A stretch of 32,000 bases of DNA from Mycolicibacterium smegmatis (lineage in GTDB: Bacteria > Actinomycetota > Actinomycetes > Mycobacteriales > Mycobacteriaceae). Each line of letters begins with the position of its first letter. Positions within the stretch are counted from its first letter, which is position 1. The notes beneath the pieces are model-generated. The model was not told where the DNA came from. It did not search any database and saw nothing but the letters and a program-made list of their open reading frames with translations. Positions 18,901 to 28,320 of the stretch are shown in pieces. A program made the translations under genes and the position numbers. The stretch spans positions 1,440,001 to 1,472,000 of the forward strand of contig NZ_LN831039.1 in assembly GCF_001457595.1 (NCBI RefSeq), given 5' to 3'.

Positions 18901-20020
18901 ATGAGTGACAAACGGAGAGCGCGCCGGGCGAAACAGGCCCGCCGCGATGCGCGACGAGCGAAGAAGCGGGATGCGGGGACGGTTCTCACGTCGGAACTGA
19001 TCGACATCATTCGCGGCACTTTGGCAGGTCATCCTGTCGAGCTGCTCTGCGTGGCCAGTCGCCTGGCGGAGGCCTACGAAGGTGACTCGCTCAGCGCGGA
19101 CACGAGTGTCGGCGAGATGTTCAACATGATGCTCACGGCGCGGGACAGGGAGACGTTGTCGCTGCTCGCAGTGCTCGCCGAGCTTCTCGTCGACAAACCC
19201 GAGATCCAGCGTCGATGTCGACAGGTGGTGGAGGAGCGAGGTCGCGGCTTGCCGCGATGGATCGCCGCACTCCCACAGATCGAGGTGCACCGGGCCGTGC
19301 GGGGCACGCACTTACTTGGTGACTTCGAGGAGATCCTGCTCGGTGCCCGTATCGACGGGACCCACGACTTGGCGGTCTCGGTCCACATCGATCACAACGC
19401 GTTGTCGAGCGTCATCGATGGGTCTGCTGTGCCTCTGTCGATCGACGAGGTGCTTGCCAAGGTAACCAAATCTGCCCGAGAGACGGAGATCTCCGAGATG
19501 AGCCTGGCAGATGCGCGAGCGTGGATCGAACGCGGGCTGGCCAGAAAAACGTGGGTTCGACAGGGGGAGAACGGGATACTCGACCGCCCCTTGCTTCGCT
19601 GGCTGGTGCAGCGGCTGCCGGACGGCGGCAAGTGCACAAGACCACACCTCGGTTCGATCAGTGTCGGGGAATTGTGTGACCAATTCTATTCCACAGAACC
19701 ATCTGCACCCTTCGGCAGCACTGAGCACCGTCTGCTGCTGTCGGAGGTCCTCCTTTGCAGCGTCGATCCGTTGCCGGTGGAGTCCCAGTCGCGTCGAACA
19801 GGTTCTGAGAGACGACAACACCTACGACGAATATCCGCTTGAAGTCGCGTTGGATCTCCCCGATCTGTTGCGTGTGTACATTCCGTTCGCACACGCGCAG
19901 CGCGGCATTCGCGACGAACTCACGTCACGAACCATCGCGACGCTTGATGGATTCGAACCCGAATACATAGATGAGGTGTTGCGACGAGCCGAGTGGTGGG
20001 ATGTCGATGACGCGGTCTAG
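18901..20020 (+). pseudogene. Orphan hypothetical protein gene with one apparent +1 frameshift near 19784
   Basis: Frame 1 MSDKRRARRAKQARRDARRAKKRDAG...SEVLLCSVDPLPVES, then next frame RVEQVLRDDNTYDEYPLEVALDLPDLLRVYIPFAHAQRGIRDELTSRTIATLDGFEPEYIDEVLRRAEWWDVDDAV*. Total span 1120 nt = 3x373+1. Confidence 0.7.
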
Positions 20021-21715
20021 CCCAGATTTTTCGCGGATTATCTCTGGTGAGGGCGTGTAGATAAGCGAAAGTGCCTGTCCTGCAAGGGATAATTGGACTT
20101 CTCTAGGGTTCAACCATCCTGACGGGAAGGCACTTCGCAGGTGAAGAGTATCGCGGCCGCATCGCGGGTGAAAGTGTCAGCCGACGGCCACGGGGTCGTG
20201 TCGCACGCCGGGATGGGCCTACTGCGGGAACTGGCCGACCGGACCGGCCTATCAGCGCAGGTCACCGGCGCTTTGGCCGACACCTACCGCGGGCCGTGGA
20301 CCTACGCACCCGGCGAGGTGTTCGCCGATCTGGCCGCGGCGGTCGCCGACGGCGCGGACTGCATTGACGGGGTCGGCCAACTGTGCGGCGACCGTGAGCA
20401 CGCGTTCGGCGCGAAAGCCTCCACGACCACGATGTGGCGGCTGGTCGATGAGCGCATCGACGCCGCACACCTGCCTGCGGTGCGCGCGGCCCGCGCCAGC
20501 GCGCGGGCGGCGGCCTGGGCCGCCGGTGCGGCCCCCGAACCGGGTGGCTGGCTGCACATCGACATCGACGCCACCGTGGTGATCGATCACTCCGACAACA
20601 AACACGGCGCGACGCCGACCTGGAAGAAAACGTTCGGACACCATCCGCTGCTGGCGTTCCTGGACCGCCCCGAGATCGCCGGCGGGGAAGCCCTGGCCGG
20701 GCTGCTGCGCAGCGGCAACGCGGGCTCCAACACCGCCAGCGACCACATCATCGTCCTGGCCCAGGCGCTGGCAGCGCTGCCCGCGCCGTGGCGGCCCGAC
20801 TCGAGTCGTGGCGGTGATCCCGACCGGCCCCAGGTGCTGGTGCGTTGCGACACCGCCGGAGCCACCCACCGATTCGCCGACGCCTGCCGCGAGCAGGGAG
20901 TCGGATTCTCCTTCGGCTACCCCGTCGACGCCCGCGTCCAGGACGCCGCCGACACCCTCAACCTTGCCGAGGGCTGGTACCCGGCCATCGACACCGACGG
21001 CGGCATCCGTGACGGCGCCTGGGTCGCCGAGGCCACCACCTTGGTCAACCTCAACAGCTGGCCGCCGGGCACCCGGCTGATCCTGCGCAAGGAGAGACCG
21101 CATCCCGGCGCCCAGCTGCGGTTCACCGACACCGACGGAATGCGCGTCACCGCGTTCATCACCGACACACCCACCGGTGTCGTGGCCGGCCAAGTCGCCG
21201 GCCTGGAGTTGCGGCACCGCCAGCACGCCCGCGTCGAGGACCGCATCCGCGAACTCAAGAACACCGGCCTACGCAACCTGCCGTGTCACGGCTTCTGGGC
21301 CAACGCCGCCTGGCTCGAGATCGTCCTGGCCGCCACCGACCTGGTCACCTGGGCACGGCTCATCGGATTCACCAGTGATCCGACGCTGGCCCGCGCCGAG
21401 ATCGCCACGTTCCGCTACCGCGTGCTGCACGTCGCAGCCCGCATCACCCGCGGCGCCCGCCAACTCCGGCTGCGCATCGACGCCACCTGGCGCTGGGCAT
21501 CGGCGATCGCCACCGCCTGGCAACACCTGCGCACCGCCTTCGGATAACAGCCGGCCTCCCGACCGATCGATCACGAAAGACCTACCGGCCATGGGAAAGC
21601 CCGCCCCACCCGGCGACACGGGACCACCCCAGCATGCCTTGTGACCGCAGACGTCACCCGACCAACCATCACGCCCTACAAATCCACCGCCATCACCATC
21701 GACGAAAAATCCGGG
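20021..21715 (+). mobile_element. IS1380-family-like insertion sequence, 1695 bp
   Basis: Ends CCCAGATTTTTCGCGGAT (left) and reverse complement CCCGGATTTTTCGTCGAT (right), 15/18 match; both flanks are CTAG (20017-20020, 21716-21719), i.e. a 4-bp target duplication. Confidence 0.88.
20141..21547 (+). CDS. IS1380-family transposase
   Basis: 468 aa; GWLHIDIDATVVIDHSDNKHGATPTWKKTFGHHPLLAFLDRPEIAGGEALAGLLRSGNAGSNTASDHI...RHRQHARVEDRIRELKNTGLRNLPCHGFWANAAWLE. Confidence 0.92.
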   Translation: MKSIAAASRVKVSADGHGVVSHAGMGLLRELADRTGLSAQVTGALADTYRGPWTYAPGEVFADLAAAVADGADCIDGVGQLCGDREHAFGAKASTTTMWRLVDERIDAAHLPAVRAARASARAAAWAAGAAPEPGGWLHIDIDATVVIDHSDNKHGATPTWKKTFGHHPLLAFLDRPEIAGGEALAGLLRSGNAGSNTASDHIIVLAQALAALPAPWRPDSSRGGDPDRPQVLVRCDTAGATHRFADACREQGVGFSFGYPVDARVQDAADTLNLAEGWYPAIDTDGGIRDGAWVAEATTLVNLNSWPPGTRLILRKERPHPGAQLRFTDTDGMRVTAFITDTPTGVVAGQVAGLELRHRQHARVEDRIRELKNTGLRNLPCHGFWANAAWLEIVLAATDLVTWARLIGFTSDPTLARAEIATFRYRVLHVAARITRGARQLRLRIDATWRWASAIATAWQHLRTAFG

Positions 21716-21723
21716 CTAGAGAA

Positions 21724-21818
21724 GTGGGGTACTCACGAAAAGTGCGATATCACCGGTGATATCGCACTTCGAACTCATACACACCAATCCCGCCAGGTGC
21801 GGAAGTGACGGATGTGAC
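21724..21818. repeat. Repeat copy B (~95 bp) containing the 30-bp palindrome
   Basis: gtggggtactcacgaaaagtgcgatatcaccggtgatatcgcacttc...caggtgcggaagtgacggatgtgac; aligns with copy A in the same orientation. Confidence 0.85.
21740..21769. repeat. Perfect 30-bp palindrome, copy B
   Basis: Identical to 18781..18810. Confidence 0.95.
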
Positions 21819-21838
21819 CAGCGGTCGCCGACGGACGG

Positions 21839-22672
21839 TTACCGCGCCACCAACCGATCCAGCGCCGACTGGCTGACGTCATCGGCCGCGCGGCCGATCA
21901 TCAACCGCTGATCAGTTTCCTGCATCGGCATGAACACCTCGAAATGCATGGCGATCTCGCCGGCCTGAGGATGCCGGATCACCTTCTGACCGCGTCCGCC
22001 TCCACTGACGTCCTGGGCCGCCCATAAACGAGCGAACTCGTTGTGCGCACTGGTCAATTCGCCGATGAGATCGGTCAACATCCGATCCTCCGGATGCGCG
22101 GCCCACGCGCCACGAAGATTGGCGATCGCGTCCCGCACGACGCGGTCCCGATCCACATAGAACGCGCTGACTTCTGGATGCATCAAACACACCCACATCG
22201 CGTTGCGTTGTACCGGGGGAAGCTCACCGAAATCGGTGAGCAGTCGCGCCATCTCCGGGTTCCAGGCCAGGATGTCGAACCGGTGATTCATCAGCATCGC
22301 GGGCAGTGGTGACAGGTCGCTCACCATCCGGGCGAGCGGTGGCGCCGCCGTCGTCGCCGGCTTGTCGGCCCCGCGCGGCCGCTGCCGGGCCAGGTCGTAC
22401 AGATAGGCCCGCTCGGCCGGGCTGAGCCGCAGCGCGCCGGCGAGGGCCTCGACCACCTCCGCCGAGGGCCGCAGGCCACGGCCTTGCTCCAATCGCACGA
22501 TGTAGTCGGTGCTGACCCCGGCGATCTCGGCGACCTCCTCGCGGCGCAGGCCCGGGGTACGCCGGATCGCTCGACGCATGGGCAGGCCGAGGTCCTGCGG
22601 GTTCAGGCGTTCGCGTCGGCTCCGCAGGAATGCGGCCAGTTCGTGCGTCGCATCCACGACAGAGGTCACCAT
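21839..22672 (-). CDS. XRE-family transcriptional regulator with MmyB-like ligand domain
   Basis: RRTPGLRREEVAEIAGVSTDYIVRLEQGRGLRPSAEVVEALAGALRLSPAERAYLYDLA...; divergent from the aldo/keto reductase gene. Confidence 0.94.
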   Translation of the reverse strand: MVTSVVDATHELAAFLRSRRERLNPQDLGLPMRRAIRRTPGLRREEVAEIAGVSTDYIVRLEQGRGLRPSAEVVEALAGALRLSPAERAYLYDLARQRPRGADKPATTAAPPLARMVSDLSPLPAMLMNHRFDILAWNPEMARLLTDFGELPPVQRNAMWVCLMHPEVSAFYVDRDRVVRDAIANLRGAWAAHPEDRMLTDLIGELTSAHNEFARLWAAQDVSGGGRGQKVIRHPQAGEIAMHFEVFMPMQETDQRLMIGRAADDVSQSALDRLVAR

Positions 22673-22787
22673 GAACCCTGCAACCGCTTCGGTAGGACTC
22701 CTGTTCCCAGGATGTCTCTTCCCTTACCCCCGGCGCGCGCGAAGGCCAGCCTGAGGGGGACGACACATCACGAGCACAGGAGGACAC

Positions 22788-23831
22788 ATGGCGCTCACAC
22801 TCGACACCTACCGGATGCTGGGACGCTCCGGATTACGGGTCTCACCGCTGGCCCTGGGTTCCGCGACCTTCGGTACCGATTGGGGCTGGGGCGCCGAACG
22901 CGACGACGCCCGCAAACTGCTCGACCTCTACGTCGAGCGCGGCGGCAACTTCATCGACACCGCCAACACCTACACCGACGGCAGCTCCGAACGGCTGCTC
23001 GGCGAGTTCACGCAGGGTAACCGCGAAAGCCTTGTGCTGGCCACCAAATACACCACGCAACGTCGACCGGGCGACCCGAACTCCGCAGGCGCCTCGCGCA
23101 AGAGCCTGGTCGCGTCGGTCGACGCGAGCCTGCGGCAACTGCGCACCGATTACCTCGACCTGCTCTTCCTGCACGTGTGGGATTTCGCGACACCCGTAGA
23201 GGAGATCCTGCGGGGTATGGACGACCTGGTGCGGCAGGGCAAGATCCTCTACGTCGGTATCTCCAACGCCCCGGCCTGGCAGGTGTCACGGATGCAGGCG
23301 ATCGCCGACCTGCGCGGCTGGTCACCGCTGGTCGCGCTGCAGATCGAGTACAACCTCATCGAACGCACCGGGGAACGCGACCTGATACCGATGGCACGTG
23401 AGATGGGGCTGGGGGTGACGCCGTACTCGCCGCTGGGCGGTGGCGTGCTCACCGGAAAGTACCGCCGCGACGACCTCACGGCGAGCCACCTCGCGTCCGA
23501 AGGCAGCACCCGGGGAAGCTTCAACGCCGCCCTGGGCACCGTCACCGAACGCAACATTTCCATTGCCGACGTGCTGAAAGACGTTGCGGCGGAACTGGGC
23601 TGCACGTCCGCTCAGGCCGGCCTGGCCTGGATGCTGCAGAACCCGGACATCACGGCGCCGGTCATCGGCGCCCGCACACCCGCCCAACTGGAGGAAAACC
23701 TCGGCGCGCTCGACATCGACCTGGCCGAAGACCACCTCGCGCGCCTCGACGAGGCCAGCGCGATCGACCTCGGCTATCCCCATCAGATGCTCGCCAGTGA
23801 CCACATCCGGAATGTGACAGGGGGATCGTGA
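22788..23831 (+). CDS. Aldo/keto reductase
   Basis: MALTLDTYRMLGRSGLRVSPLALGSATFGTDWGWG...GGNFIDTANTYTDGSSERLLGEF...VLATKYT...LDLLFLHVWD...GISNAPAWQ...LQIEYNLIERTGERDLIPMAREMGLGVTPYSPLGGGVLTGKY. Confidence 0.95.
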   Translation: MALTLDTYRMLGRSGLRVSPLALGSATFGTDWGWGAERDDARKLLDLYVERGGNFIDTANTYTDGSSERLLGEFTQGNRESLVLATKYTTQRRPGDPNSAGASRKSLVASVDASLRQLRTDYLDLLFLHVWDFATPVEEILRGMDDLVRQGKILYVGISNAPAWQVSRMQAIADLRGWSPLVALQIEYNLIERTGERDLIPMAREMGLGVTPYSPLGGGVLTGKYRRDDLTASHLASEGSTRGSFNAALGTVTERNISIADVLKDVAAELGCTSAQAGLAWMLQNPDITAPVIGARTPAQLEENLGALDIDLAEDHLARLDEASAIDLGYPHQMLASDHIRNVTGGS

Positions 23832-23840
23832 GGTTGCGCG

Positions 23841-24449
23841 TCAACTCTTCCGGTAACGCACCGCGTCGTTCACCAGGGTCACCAACGCCTTGCGCCGCAC
23901 CTCGGGGCCCTCGCCGGCCACAGTGGTGCCGAGCATGAGATCGATGGCGGCAGGGACCGCAAGCCACCACGCGGCCATCGATCGGGCCACGTAGAGCAGA
24001 TATGCCGGTGCGACGTCGTCGCGGAGCGTCTTGTCGGCTTGCGCCAGGGCAACGACGCGGCGGTCACCGGCGTAATGCTCGGCCCGCTCGTCGCGCGCCG
24101 CAGGTGGGTTGCCGTCCAACGGATTACGGTCGAGACCCTCCCACAGCAGCAACCGCAGATAGTGCGGGTACTCGCGGTGGTAGTCGTAGATGCGCCCGGA
24201 GAACTCACCGAGATCATGTGCCAGTTCTGGCGTGAGCGGGACGGCGGCGGCGAGCTTGATCATCTCCTGTTCGAGCACGGCGCTGAACAGGTTCTGCTTG
24301 CTCCCGAAGTACTGATAGATGCGTTCCTTGTTGACGCCGGCCCGCGAAGCGACGCGGTCGACGCGGGCGCCCAGCGGACCGTGCTCGCTGAACTCGTGCA
24401 CGGCGGCGTCCAGCAGCTTCTGCTTGGTGCGCGCGGTGTCCCAGGCCAT
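23841..24449 (-). CDS. TetR-family transcriptional regulator
   Basis: [57 protein letters not shown]-terminal TetR HTH. Confidence 0.93.
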   Translation of the reverse strand: MAWDTARTKQKLLDAAVHEFSEHGPLGARVDRVASRAGVNKERIYQYFGSKQNLFSAVLEQEMIKLAAAVPLTPELAHDLGEFSGRIYDYHREYPHYLRLLLWEGLDRNPLDGNPPAARDERAEHYAGDRRVVALAQADKTLRDDVAPAYLLYVARSMAAWWLAVPAAIDLMLGTTVAGEGPEVRRKALVTLVNDAVRYRKS

Positions 24450-24461
24450 GCGCGCAGTCTA

Positions 24462-24491
24462 ACAGTTCCCAACTGGTCAGTTGGGAACTGT
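24462..24491. promoter_or_regulatory. Perfect inverted repeat upstream of tetR, candidate operator (site 1)
   Basis: ACAGTTCCCAACTG-GT-CAGTTGGGAACTGT, 14-bp arms, 12 nt upstream of the TetR start codon. Confidence 0.75.
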
Positions 24492-24512
24492 GAGAGCTGC
24501 GCACCGCCTGAA

Positions 24513-26037
24513 TCAGAAGAAGCCCTTCGCAGCGGTCGCGTAACTGGTCAGGACACACTTGGTCTGCTGGTAGTGCTCGAGCATCATCTTGTGGTTCTCG
24601 CGACCGATGCCGGACTGCTTGTACCCGCCGAACGCCGCGTGCGCCGGGGTAGTTGTGATAGTCGTTGACGAAGATCCGGCCGGCCTGGATGTCCCGGCTC
24701 GCGCGATAGGCGACCGTGCCGTTTCTGGTCCACACCCCACCCGCCAGGCCGTACAGCGAGTCGTTGGCGATCTTGATGGCGTCGGCATATTGGTCGAACG
24801 ACGTCGCACACACCACCGGACCGAAGATCTCCTCCTGGAACACCCGCATCGAGTTCGACCCCTCGATGATGGTGGGCTCGATGTAGTACCCGCCCGCGAT
24901 GTCGGCCTCCATGGTGGCGGCGTGCCCGCCCTTACGGATCACGGCCCCTTCGTTTTTGGCGATCTCGAAGTACTGCAGGATCTTCTCGAACTGCGTGCGT
25001 GACGCCTGGGCCCCGATCATCGTGGCGGTGTCCAGCGGGTTGCCCTGGACGATCTTGCCGACCCGCGCCACCGCCCGTTGGAGGAACTCGTCGTAGATGT
25101 CGGCCTGGATCAAAGCACGCGACGGACAGGTGCAGGTTTCGCCCTGGTTGAGGGCGAACATGGTGAAGCCCTCCAGCGTGCGGTCGTAGAAGTCGTCGTT
25201 CGCGTCGGCGACGTCGGCGAAGAAGATGTTGGGGCTCTTGCCGCCCAACTCCAGCGTCACGGGAATCAGGTTCTGCGAGGCGTATTGCATGATCGCGCGG
25301 CCGGTGCTGGTCTCACCGGTGAACGACACCTTGGCGATGCGGGGACTACCGGCGAGCGGCTTGCCGGCTTCGAGGCCGAATCCCGTGACCACATTGATCA
25401 CACCCGCGGGCACCACGTCGGCGATCAGTTCGAGCAGCACGTGGATCGAGGCCGGTGTCTGCTCGGCGGGTTTGAGGACGACGGTGTTGCCGGCCGCAAG
25501 TGCCGGTGCGAGCTTCCACATCGCCAGCAGCAGAGGGAAATTCCACGGGATGATCAATCCCACCACCCCGAACGGTTCGTGGAAGTGGTAGGCGACCGTG
25601 TCGTCATCGATCTGGGAGAGGCCGCCTTCCTGCGCGCGGATCGCCCCGGCGAAGTAGCGCAGGTGGTCGATGGCCAGGGGGAGGTCGGCCGCGAGGGTCT
25701 CACGCACGGGCTTGCCGTTGTCCCAGGATTCGGCAACGGCGAGTTTCTCCAGGTTGGCTTCCATCCGGTCGGCGATCTTCAGCAGCACCCCGGCCCGTTC
25801 GGACGGTGAGGTGCGGCCCCATGTGGTGGCGGCCGCTTCGGCGGCGTCGAGTGCGCGTTCGATGTCGTCGGCCGTGCCTCGTGCGGCCTCGGTGAACACG
25901 ACACCGTTGACCGGGGATTCGTTCTCGAAGTACTCGCCTTTGGCCGGCGCGACGAACTCTCCTCCGATGAAGTGCTCGTAGCGGTCGGCGAAGGTCACGA
26001 CACTTCCGGTGGTGCCGGGTGCGGAGTAGCGGGTCAT
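24513..26037 (-). pseudogene. Aldehyde dehydrogenase gene with one apparent +1 frameshift near 24646-24649
   Basis: [31 protein letters not shown]...[32 protein letters not shown]...[14 protein letters not shown]...VNDYHNYP, then in another frame [43 protein letters not shown]. Span 1525 nt = 3x508+1. Confidence 0.88.
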
Positions 26038-26045
26038 GGGATCGC

Positions 26046-26349
26046 TCACCGCCGACCGGTCTGGATGAAGTTGGTGGCGCCTCCCGTGGCGAACTCGGCG
26101 ACATCCGCGGCGGTCGCCTGGCCCTGGGGGCTCGACATGCCGGCGCGCAGATCGTCGAGGCTGTCGAAAGTCACTTCCGCGGCGAGGTAATAAGGGGCGG
26201 CGGTGTCGTCGACGCTCGCGACGTGACCGTAGGTGATGTCCACGACGCCTGGGATCGTCTCGGCCAGCGGCATGTGGAACGGACGCGAAGTAATCGTCGA
26301 AGGATGCGGGATCGTTGGGGTGGCCGTACAAGACGACGAGTTTGACCAT
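26046..26349 (-). pseudogene. EthD-family small protein gene with one apparent +1 frameshift near 26276
   Basis: [24 protein letters not shown] then [76 protein letters not shown] in the next frame. Span 304 nt = 3x101+1. Confidence 0.82.
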
Positions 26350-26382
26350 TGTTTCCTCTGAATGTGATTGCATGCGAGTGGA

Positions 26383-28086
26383 TTACGAGGGAATGACGGG
26401 AAGCAGCAGTGTCGAAGGGGTCGACCCGCCGGTATGGATGGTGGTGCGACCGGCGTAGATGCTCGCCGGCCGGTCTTCGGGGTGGGTGTGCAGCCACGGG
26501 CCGGAGCCGCGGGAGACCCACGCCTCGTTGCCGTCCTTGGGCTCTTCACGCTCGAAGTCGTGGCCGCTGATCTGCAGCGCGATCCGGTATCCGGCAGGAA
26601 GCACGATGCACGTGGGCCAGATCTCGATGTCGAGCTGGTAGATGGTGCCGGGATCGAGCGGCTGGAGCTCGTCGTGACTGTGGTACGGCCGGTAGGGAAG
26701 GCTGCGGGCGACGTCGAGCTTGCGGTGGCTGGCACGCAGCCAGCCCTGGGCCAGCGGGGTGTGCGGGTCGATGGTGCCCTGGAACTCGACCTCCCGGCCG
26801 TCGGGAGCGAATGCCTGCAACGTCACGAACAGGTCCGCATCGATGGTCGACGACGACACGAACAGCCGCGCCGAAAGTGGTCCGGTCAGTTCGGTTTCGG
26901 CGGTGAGCGGGCAGGTGAGGAAGGTCAGCGGTTCGCCCGCGGCATCGAAGGTCACGCTGTGCTCGGTGTCGACCGGGTCGAAGGACAACGCCATGTCGGC
27001 GGCGTCGAGGTGCACCTCGGTCCACTGCGTGTTCTCCAGCGGCCAGGCCGAATGGGTGCGGACCTCGACCTTGTCGGTGAACGGCCGACGGATGTGCAGC
27101 AGAACCGGCGGTCGCGCGTCCCAGCCGTTGTCCTCTCCCTTGAGGAAATGGTCGAGAAACTCCTTCTGCAGCGCCATGCCCTGCGGCAGGTAGAACCATT
27201 CCTCGTGGCGCCCGGGGTGCGCTTCGAGCCACTTCTGCGCCGACGCGGCCTGGGTGAACGCCTCGAAGTTGCCGCGTGGATGCAGGCCGAACCCGGCCCA
27301 GTTCGCGGCGCTGAGGAACGGCACCGTGACCTTCGACCAGTCCGGGGACCGGTCCCGGTAGAACTCGTCGTCGAGTGGCCGTTTCAAGATCTCCGGCAGT
27401 GGATCGTTACGGTTCAGTGCGAGTTCCTCTTCACTCAAATCCTCAGGGCCGGTAGCCCGTTCGCCCTGCCAGCGGTCCATCCTGCCGTCGGGGTTGCCGT
27501 GCTGCACGGACACGACCTGCCGGGGGTACCAGGCCTCGAGGAAGCCATTGCTGACGATTCCGCCATGCCGGGCCCAGTCCCGGTAGAAGTCACCGGCGCC
27601 TTCCCACGGAATCATCGCGGCCAGTGACGGCGGCTGTTGGGCGGCCACCAACCACTGGTTGATCGCGTAGTAGGAGATGCCGTTGAGACCCACCTTGCCG
27701 GTGCTCCACGGCTGCCGCGCGGCCCACTCGATGGCGTCGTGATGATCGCGGACCTCGCGGGGCGAGAGCATGTCGAGAACGCCGGGGGAGCGGCCTGCGC
27801 CGCGAGAATCCACACGCACCACGGCGTACCCCCACGGCACCCAGATCTCCGGATCCACGGTTTCCCACGCCATGTACGACCTGCTGGAGCCGGGCAGGAT
27901 GTCGGGGTAGGTGGTGATCAACTAATTCCATTGCGGTGCATAACCATCGGAATACTCGACACCTTTTCCGTACGGGCCGAGGGTCATCACCACCGGCGCC
28001 GGCTCGCCGTCGTCGGGGCGGAACACGTCCGCCCGCAGAATCAGTCCGTCGTCGCACGGGACGGCGACGTCACGTTCGATGATCAC
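26383..28086 (-). pseudogene. CocE/NonD-family (X-Pro dipeptidyl-peptidase-like) hydrolase gene with in-frame TAG at 27922-27924
   Basis: GTG start 28086 after AGGAGG; VIIERDVAVPCDDGLILRADVFRPDDGEPAPVVMTLGPYGKGVEYSDGYAPQWN-*-LITTYPDILPGSSRSYMAWETVDPEIWVPWGYAVVRVDSRGAGRSPG...GLNGISYYAINQWLVA. Same frame continues across the stop. Confidence 0.88.
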
Positions 28087-28142
28087 GTTGTGTCCTCCTG
28101 ACGGTGAGCGGTGAGCGGCGGCGGAAAGCTCCCGCGGCCACT

Positions 28143-28162
28143 TTCCAACTGATGAGTTGGAG
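28143..28162. promoter_or_regulatory. Candidate TetR operator site 2
   Basis: TTCCAAC-TGATGA-GTTGGAG, same CAAC-N6-GTTG core as site 1. Confidence 0.55.
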
Positions 28163-28183
28163 TGTGTCATGGCTCACGCCAGA

Positions 28184-28203
28184 AAGCAACCAGTGAGTTG
28201 GAA
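28184..28203. promoter_or_regulatory. Candidate TetR operator site 3 (weaker left arm)
   Basis: AAGCAAC-CAGTGA-GTTGGAA; core starts 41 bp after the core of site 2. Confidence 0.45.
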
Positions 28204-28320
28204 ATAGGAGGGTCGACGGACGGCACATGTCGACGGAGGACCGCGCGACCCTAGCCTCGGATCAGCGTGCTGGCAGGGATTTCGACCGGCTCAGTCAGGT
28301 CGTGGATGCAAAAAGAAGCT

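Noticed and set aside
18781-21769. The two palindromes as terminal inverted repeats of a composite transposon
   Set aside because: The flanking repeats are in direct orientation and lack a cognate transposase; the IS between has its own separate ends and target duplication.
24214-26373. 719-aa minus strand ORF treated as one protein
   Set aside because: Artificial join: EthD N-terminus read into the wrong frame, then ALDH, then out-of-frame tail; created by two +1 shifts.
26368-27627. 419-aa + strand ORF
   Set aside because: Antisense to the CocE/NonD hydrolase, no recognisable fold.
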